Below are positions 60,728-64,000 of a DNA stretch of 64,000 bases, piece by piece. The position numbers and the translations under genes were made by a program. Every line of letters begins with the position of its first letter. Position 1 is the first letter of the stretch. Below the pieces are notes generated by a model. That model was not told the DNA's origin. It made no database searches and was given only the letters and a program-made list of their open reading frames with translations. The stretch is taken from positions 196,542,001 to 196,606,000 of the forward strand of contig NC_058368.1 in assembly GCF_018350175.1 (NCBI RefSeq), given 5' to 3'. Source of the stretch: Felis catus. Lineage: Eukaryota.

Positions 60728-63119
60728 AAACAGAGAGAAGCTGATATGATGTATGTGGGGAGGACGAGATGAGGCAGGGCAACCAGATTTGTCACTCACA
60801 CAGCCTGCAGAACCTATAGAAGGACAGGATGACCTTAGCTGAGGCCCCATGGGATAAGTAAGCAGCAGAGTCAGGCCCTGAATTGAGTTTTAGTCTCATG
60901 CTCGTCCCACAGGATCTTTTAGCCTGTCTGAAATGGTGTATCAGTTTCTGTTAGGAGGCCTGATCCCACCCAGCCAACACTAATCCTACCCCAAATTAAA
61001 ATGTGCATGTACGCACGCACCCACGTGTGTGTGTATGTGTGTGTGCACGTGTGTGAGTGATAGACTTTATTTAGTTTTCATGCAAATTAACACCCTTGCC
61101 TATGAGCTTCCCGAACACACCAGAAAAGAGTGCCCCCTGGACATCTACATCATCTGCCCTGCTTCATCCAAAATAACCTTTCAACCTGCTGTTGTTCTGT
61201 GTCAAACTCCTCTTCCACCCACACAATGGCATGATTTCATTTGGGAAGACTGAGTCTTCAAGCATTACATCATGTGCTGCTGTCAGAAAATAACTCGGGG
61301 ACCGTTTTCTTTCTAAGCTCAGCTCTTCGTGTTGGCACGGTTAACATGTCACCCCTGAGCTTTATCTCCAAGTCACCTGAGCTGGATTTGTATCTTCTGG
61401 AAATTTAGAAGTGGAGGAACTGGAATAGTGATCACCCTAGCTTTCAGACACCACCAACTGCAGTCAATTCTTCAGTCAATTGATCAACTTCTTGATCAAT
61501 TCAAGAAGTTTTGATTTCACGGAAGTGACCAGCACACTTATGGCTAAGACTTTCCTTTCCCAAAACCCTCCTACATCTCAGGTAGCAGGGGCTCAGTCCT
61601 TGTAAGAGTACAAGGTATTAGGTTGTGATGGAAAAGGTCAGAAGGCAAAGAACTATGGTTTTGGTTGGTTGGTAACCTGTAGGGCGAACTCGGTCAAAAA
61701 ATCCTTTGGGTCCTCGATTTTCCCATCTATGAGGTACTGTCACTAAACTCATCTCCATAGTCAGTTCCAGGTCTAGGACACAGCTAGTGAGGGGACACAC
61801 ATAGGCCTGAACTGGGGCACAGAAACAACATGACAAGACTGGCCCAAAGTAAATCTTCTAGAAAGATTGGGCTTGGAAAGAACAAGCCTGAGTTCAGACC
61901 CCTGTTCCACCAGATAGTTGCGTGGCCTTGGGCAACCTCTCTAAGCCTCACCTTCCTCATCTGTAATGCCTGGATGATCCAAATGGCCGGCAGGACCATG
62001 GTGGCTAAAGCAAATCAAACACTGACATACACTAGGCATCCAATCATCATGGCTACCTGGGTTGAATCTTATTATCTGCAGGGTACTTTACCTGGAGTAT
62101 GTTATCTACTCTTCTCAACAAGTTTATAAAGGAAGTATCATTATCCCCATTTCATGGTTGAAGAGATTGAAGTCAGGAAGGGTCACTTCATTTGCCCGAA
62201 TTCGAACGCAGGGTGCTTTTCTTCCTGGTAACTCATTACAGCCATGTTTTTTAGCATTCCCTCTCACCTCGTAACGCCCTCACACTTTCTCTGTCACATT
62301 CACCTGAGAAATACAACTGTTGTCTGGACTTTGACCAATTAGCCTCCCCAAGTCACGGGTCTAAAGATCGCCAACAGCAGCTACACCTCACTTCATCTCC
62401 TTTTAAAAGTAAAAATGTTGTACATGTGTGTGTTTTCATTATTAAAAACATATACAGGCTAGTTAGCCTTCATGGAAAAAACAAAAAAAAATAGCACTCA
62501 TTTAAAAACTGGTATATTTCCATGCAGGTAATTTTGCTATGGCTGTGTTTGTGGCTCTCTCAAAGACCCTTGTGTTAAAGCCTTCGCTGCTCAGGTGGTA
62601 GGTAACAAAAGTGCTCATTGACAGCTCAGTTTTGACTTTCCAACGGCTGGTGAATTCTTAACATGAATATGTTGCTTGAAGTCGACTCAGCTGAGCTCCA
62701 GTGCGTGAAAGCAGCTCTATTTACCTAAAGCACACTGATCTTTTTGTTGCTTTCTGTGAAAGCAAATTGATTCTTCCGTGGGCTTTAGAAAAAAGTCCAT
62801 TTCTACCCTTTCTGAAGGAGCCTTGTGGAGATCCATGGATAGGACAGCCTGGGCGGCCCAGGGAGCCCACAACTTGCCTCTGTGAGCAGGAAGCAGCCCA
62901 CACCCGAGAACAGATGGCTTAAAACAAAGACCTGAGGAAGGTTGAGAAGGTCATAGAAGTTGACTTCCTTTTCCTCACAGGGGGACATTTAGCTACACCA
63001 AAGTCTCAGTAGATAAGGCGGCCATCTTTGCTTTCAGGAACTGCCTACAGGGTACAACTTCACTTTAAAAAATGTCCTTAGCACAATTTGTTTGCATTTA
63101 TTGAAAAAGTAATACATGA

Positions 63120-63329
63120 GGGGCGCCTGGGCGGCTCAGTCGGTTCAGTCTCCGGCTTGATTTCAGCTCAGGTCATGATCTCATGGTTCACGAGTTCAAG
63201 CCCCGCATCAGCTCTCCATTGACAGCATGAAGCCTGCTTGGGATTCTGTCTCTCTCCCTCTGTCTCTGCCCCCTCCCTGCTCTTACTCTATCTCTCAAAA
63301 TACATAAGTAAACTTAAAAAAAAAAAAAA
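63120..63329 (+). mobile_element. Can-SINE, TSD aaaaagtaa(t/c)acatgag
   Basis: SINEC head, body and tail with flanking repeat. Confidence 0.9.
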
Positions 63330-64000
63330 GTAACACATGAGCCGATGAAAAGCTCACACATTACAAAAGGATATGCCACAGAAATCTAGCCTCCCCCGAG
63401 CTGGCCAGTGTGAGCAGTCTGTCCTTCCAGGAATGTCTACGGACACCCAGATACTCCTCGAATTCTACCACCAGCACCATCCTCAACAAATGGGATGATT
63501 CCGTTTTGTGCCTTCGTTTCTCAGCTTGGGATCTTCCCCTATCAGCACAGATACAGCTACACTGTTCTGGAGACAGGCGACGTATCTGCTGGATGCAGGC
63601 ACTCAATTTGGTTAGCCAGTCTCCTGATGATGACATTATGTTGTGTCCAGACTTTGGAAAGCAGTCTGGCTGAGGCCCCCGGATGGGGCAAACGATGTTT
63701 TGCCCCCCATTTAGAAGTGTAACTGTAGGATTCATTCCCACACGTGGAATTGCTGGTTCAAAGAAGACGTGCATTGTAATCTACGAGGGATACGGCTACC
63801 CACCCAACAACAATCTTAGAAGCACAGTTGGGAAGAACTTTGGCGATTATCTAGTGTCAGTTTTAAAACGGTCTGAATGTCCTTAGACCCTCTCCACTTC
63901 CACGGTGGTTGCCGTGGCCAGGGAGTAATGGGGGAGAGGTACAGGAAAGGCCATGAGAGAGAACAAAGACAGATGCAGGATCTCCGGGTGCCCAGCTCTG

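Noticed and set aside
62940..62980. Minus-strand peptide KEVNFY resembling the start of PDE6 exon 6 (EINFYK)
   Set aside because: Wrong strand and the similarity stops after six residues; true exon 6 is not in the window.

Overview
Mammalian genomic DNA from a felid. It is full of tRNA-derived Can-SINEs, including Felis-type SINEC_Fc copies, and carnivore L1 3' ends. The gene order matches human 5q32: (HMGXB3)-TIGD6-SLC26A2-PDE6A. Left to right: (1) a CpG-island promoter, probably shared head-to-head by HMGXB3 (minus strand, coding part outside the window, identified by synteny only) and TIGD6; (2) TIGD6, a domesticated Tigger/pogo transposase with an intact single-exon 524-aa CDS (3900-5474, +); (3) the complete SLC26A2/DTDST sulfate transporter on the minus strand, with a non-coding exon 1 in a CpG island (about 31.64-31.73 kb), coding exons 21125-20421 and 18938-17418 (741 aa) and a ~5.5 kb 3'UTR ending at tandem AATAAA near 11.9 kb; (4) PDE6A (rod cGMP phosphodiesterase alpha), promoter and coding exons 1-5 on + (311 codons, all phase 0), continuing past the window. 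The rest is SINE/LINE/LTR/hAT repeats. I found no convincing previously undescribed gene system. The best leads are local: a 17-bp tandem duplication that doubles the PDE6A exon 3 splice donor, a well-formed candidate 178-nt uORF-bearing cassette exon in SLC26A2 intron 1, inverted SINEs flanking an in-frame PDE6A exon 2-4 block, CpG-rich patches inside ancient LINEs, and several retrotransposition or template-switch scars. Repeat family names and boundaries are by-eye approximations.
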